Below are positions 61,101-64,000 of a stretch of 64,000 nucleotides of DNA, piece by piece. The notes beneath the pieces were generated by a model. It saw nothing but the letters and a program-made list of their open reading frames with translations, searched no databases and had not been told where the DNA came from. The first letter of the stretch is position 1. Every line of letters starts with the position of its first letter. The DNA lies in contig JAUCBJ010001180.1 of assembly GCA_032718475.1 (NCBI GenBank), positions 1 through 64,000 of the forward strand. Direction: 5' to 3'. The stretch comes from Nemertoderma westbladi. Lineage: Eukaryota; Animalia; Xenacoelomorpha. A program made the position numbers and the translations under genes.

Positions 61101-64000
61101 TAAGTGTGGCGCGAAACATCATATCTTGCTGCATACCGAGTTTGATAAGATCCGGACAAGTCAGGTAAGTGAGCCCGAACTACATGTCCAATTCAGTGAT
61201 GTGAATGACACTGACCACAGTTTGGAGATGGAAGGATTCTACACCAACGAATTTTCAGACAAAAATGAATCCTGTTATATGATCAACACAACCGTATATC
61301 GAGCACTTACGTATGAGACCGAAACGGAGGGAGAGGAACCCCGACTGTCTATTCCGGATCAACAGCTCTCATGGAATGTGCCAACATCATCTGTCGGTAT
61401 CCAAGAGTTCCCCGTGGTGCAACTGAGCTGGGAGTACATGGAATAGGGAAGAGCTTAATAGTGAATGCCCTCCTTGACTCCAGCAGTACAGGCACCTTTA
61501 TAGACAAATACCTAGCCAAAGATATCTTTGTTGGTCAACCAAAGTTCTGAACCAAACTGAAACTTTCCGGAATTATGCAGGTTTGGAAATCCACTACTAC
61601 GTGGGATCGTTGTCCACTCCCCAGGATGAACTAGGTGAAAATGGTATGAGGTCAGTTAAAATGGTGGCGATAAAGAACTTTGCTACTAACCAAGTGGAGC
61701 CTTACAACTGGGATGAAGACCATTTTACCCAGCAACATGATATCCCTAGATTCAATACTGACTATCCAGGGGTGCAGATCTTAATCGGTCAAAATGAGCA
61801 CGAGGCGCTTGAGACATTAGAAAAACGGCCTGCTCGACCGCAACCATTACAAACGTACGCGGGAAGAATGAGAGTAGGTTGGTACTTCACTGGACCTTCC
61901 CATAGAACTTTAATGGAAAGACTCCATAATGAGAGGATACATCAGGTGAGTGAATGAGAAGAAGAAATCAGTGAGGGAGAAACCACAACTGAGGGAACAC
62001 CATACTCCTCAGATAATGACGATATTAACCAATTATATGACGAGGAAAATACAATCGACCTCCTCACCAAAAATAAAACTTGGTTAAACCAAGTAAACTT
62101 GTGCCATCTCATCGATCAACATGGCGGACAATTCACATATAATGACGAATTAAACGAAGTGATAGATCGATACAACAATAAAATCCGTGATGAACATGCC
62201 GTACGATTCTTTACTCAAGAAGCCGTAGAGCCTAATTCCTACGACAAAGCTTTGTCCGTTGAGGAAGAGGGAGCCAAGCAGATTCAGGAAACGACAATTT
62301 GTTATCTGAAAGACGAGGGTCGCTATGAGATTGGTCTTCCGTTCAGACGGCGAGAACCCATCTTTATAAATAACAGACCTTTAGCGGAAAAGAGAATCGC
62401 GCAACTACATCGGTGTCTTACGGCCAACGTTCCAGCCAGGGAAATGTATAAAACCCAGCTGAAGAAATTTATCGATAAAGGATACGCGGAGCGAGTACCG
62501 GAAGAAACACCCATAACAGAGAGAACGTATTATCTAACACATCGTTACGTTCCCAATCCCGGTAAACCCAACGAAGTCCGGGTAGTGCTCGACGGCTCCG
62601 CCCTTTACATGGGTCAATCCCTGAACTCAGAATTATTGCCGGGACCCAACTTACTCCAATCCTTGTTGGGAATACTATTAAGATTGCGGCAATATTCTAT
62701 CGCTTTCGCTTCGGATATAGAAGGCATGTTCTTACAAGTCAAGGCGCTGGATAGGGATCGAGACAGCCTACGATTTCTGTGGTAGCCTGAAGGAGACCTC
62801 AACCAAAAACCGGTGGAGTACTGGATGACCATGTTGATGCTTGTTCAGTAGTGCGTACCACTGCTGATGACAACCGAGACGCCTTCTCAAAAGCAGTTAT
62901 CGACAACATCAAACGGGATATATACATGGACGACAATTTAAAGTCCCTCCCATCGGTGGAAGAAGCCATTGATGTTGCCAAGGGAACAGTGGAAGGAAGT
63001 CGGAAGGTGGACCCGACTTCCTAGGTAAAGAAGAGGAGGAATGGCCCCCTCATCTCACCACGGCGGAGATCAGACAAGCCAAGGGAGCGGAGAAAGTTAA
63101 ACTGAAAACCCGGACGAGTATATCAAAGCTGTTTAAGCCAGCGATAGATCTGTCTGTGCTACACACCACCGGTGATGCAACTGTGGATCTAAATTCATCC
63201 ATGGATGCTACTTGAACTATAAATAAATCCGTTATAGAAATCAGAGAAAGAGACTGGAAATCTGGAACACCAGGCATCTCCCAAGGACTCTCTCCTCTCC
63301 TACAAAGGGCGATAGATCATTACAGCTCCTGGAATCGGCTTTGCAAGGCCATTGTGTATCTGAAAAGATGTTTCCATCATCACTATTCCAGGACAAAGAT
63401 CGCTAATGATACCGCTCCAGTAGTAGCTGAAAAGGTCTACGCTACAACTTCGAACAAAGTGGTTTGCGCTGCAAGAAAACGTCAGCGCCGGAGACATGGT
63501 CCTTATCGTGGAATCAGATCTTCCCCGTAAGAGGTGGCAGACAGGTCGTATCATCGAGACTCATATATCCGATGATGGTTTAGTGCGATCGTTAGAACTC
63601 GTTGTCATGCGACGTAACTTTAAGAAACCTGGAATTGTGTTCAAAACGCAACAACTTAATCGCCCGGTTGGTTGTTTATGTTTACTGGAAAGAGACCGAG
63701 AGTTGTCTGGTAACTATGGAAGGCAAGAGACTCTTCCCACGACCACCTCCCTATTCCAACAAACATCTAGGGACTCCCCAATGTAACAGCGTTTGGAATG
63801 GGTGTGTGTATATTATTTATTTTTTATTTTTATATTTATGTATGTATTATTATGTCATTGTCATTTCTATTATTATAATCATTTTCTTTAATTTTATTTA
63901 GTAGAATAATATTTTAACGATTATTCAGTAGATTAGTGCAATATATTTCGTGTTTTATTACTTAATTACTTAGTATAATATATTTCGTTAACAGCGAGAA
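55119..64000 (+). mobile_element. Second degenerate BEL/Pao element with probable 5' LTR, ~2-kb leader, gag, protease, RT; most of RNase H and integrase deleted
   Basis: KFNGDEMKWLPF (DUF1759-like), CVLC..H..C / C.RRGH..C / CAKC..HH.LLH, ALLDS, SLNSELLPGPNL, SDIEGMFLQV, GDMVLI..W..GRI..DGLVR. Homologous to 37125-41690. The LTR start is inferred from the break in the Gypsy integrase. Confidence 0.88.

Noticed and set aside
1-64000. Uni-strand piRNA cluster
   Set aside because: TE fragments occur in both orientations. It cannot be supported without small-RNA data.

Overview
This is eukaryotic (most likely invertebrate animal) genomic DNA and is overwhelmingly a nest of transposable elements inserted into one another. 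Host-like sequence is limited to one intact single-block ORF (7022-7912, WH1/PH-like plus a CRIB-like motif), an orphan GPCR terminal exon, a GST-theta-like fragment and a possible signal-peptide exon. The largest reconstructable element is a minus-strand APE-endonuclease LINE (about 13280-28150). Its long ORF1 carries a Ulp1/SENP-type (C48) SUMO-protease domain plus SAP-, PIP- and SIM-like motifs. It is interrupted by two RTE insertions and by a young gag-only LTR element (16117-23102) that has matching LTRs, no canonical tRNA primer-binding site and an internal array of more than 20 small hairpins. Other elements include six copies of one RTE family, L1/Tx1, CRE, Penelope, Merlin, Gypsy and two BEL/Pao relics, several MITE/foldback elements, minisatellites and local duplications. 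All family assignments come from motif recognition by eye; no database searches were run.
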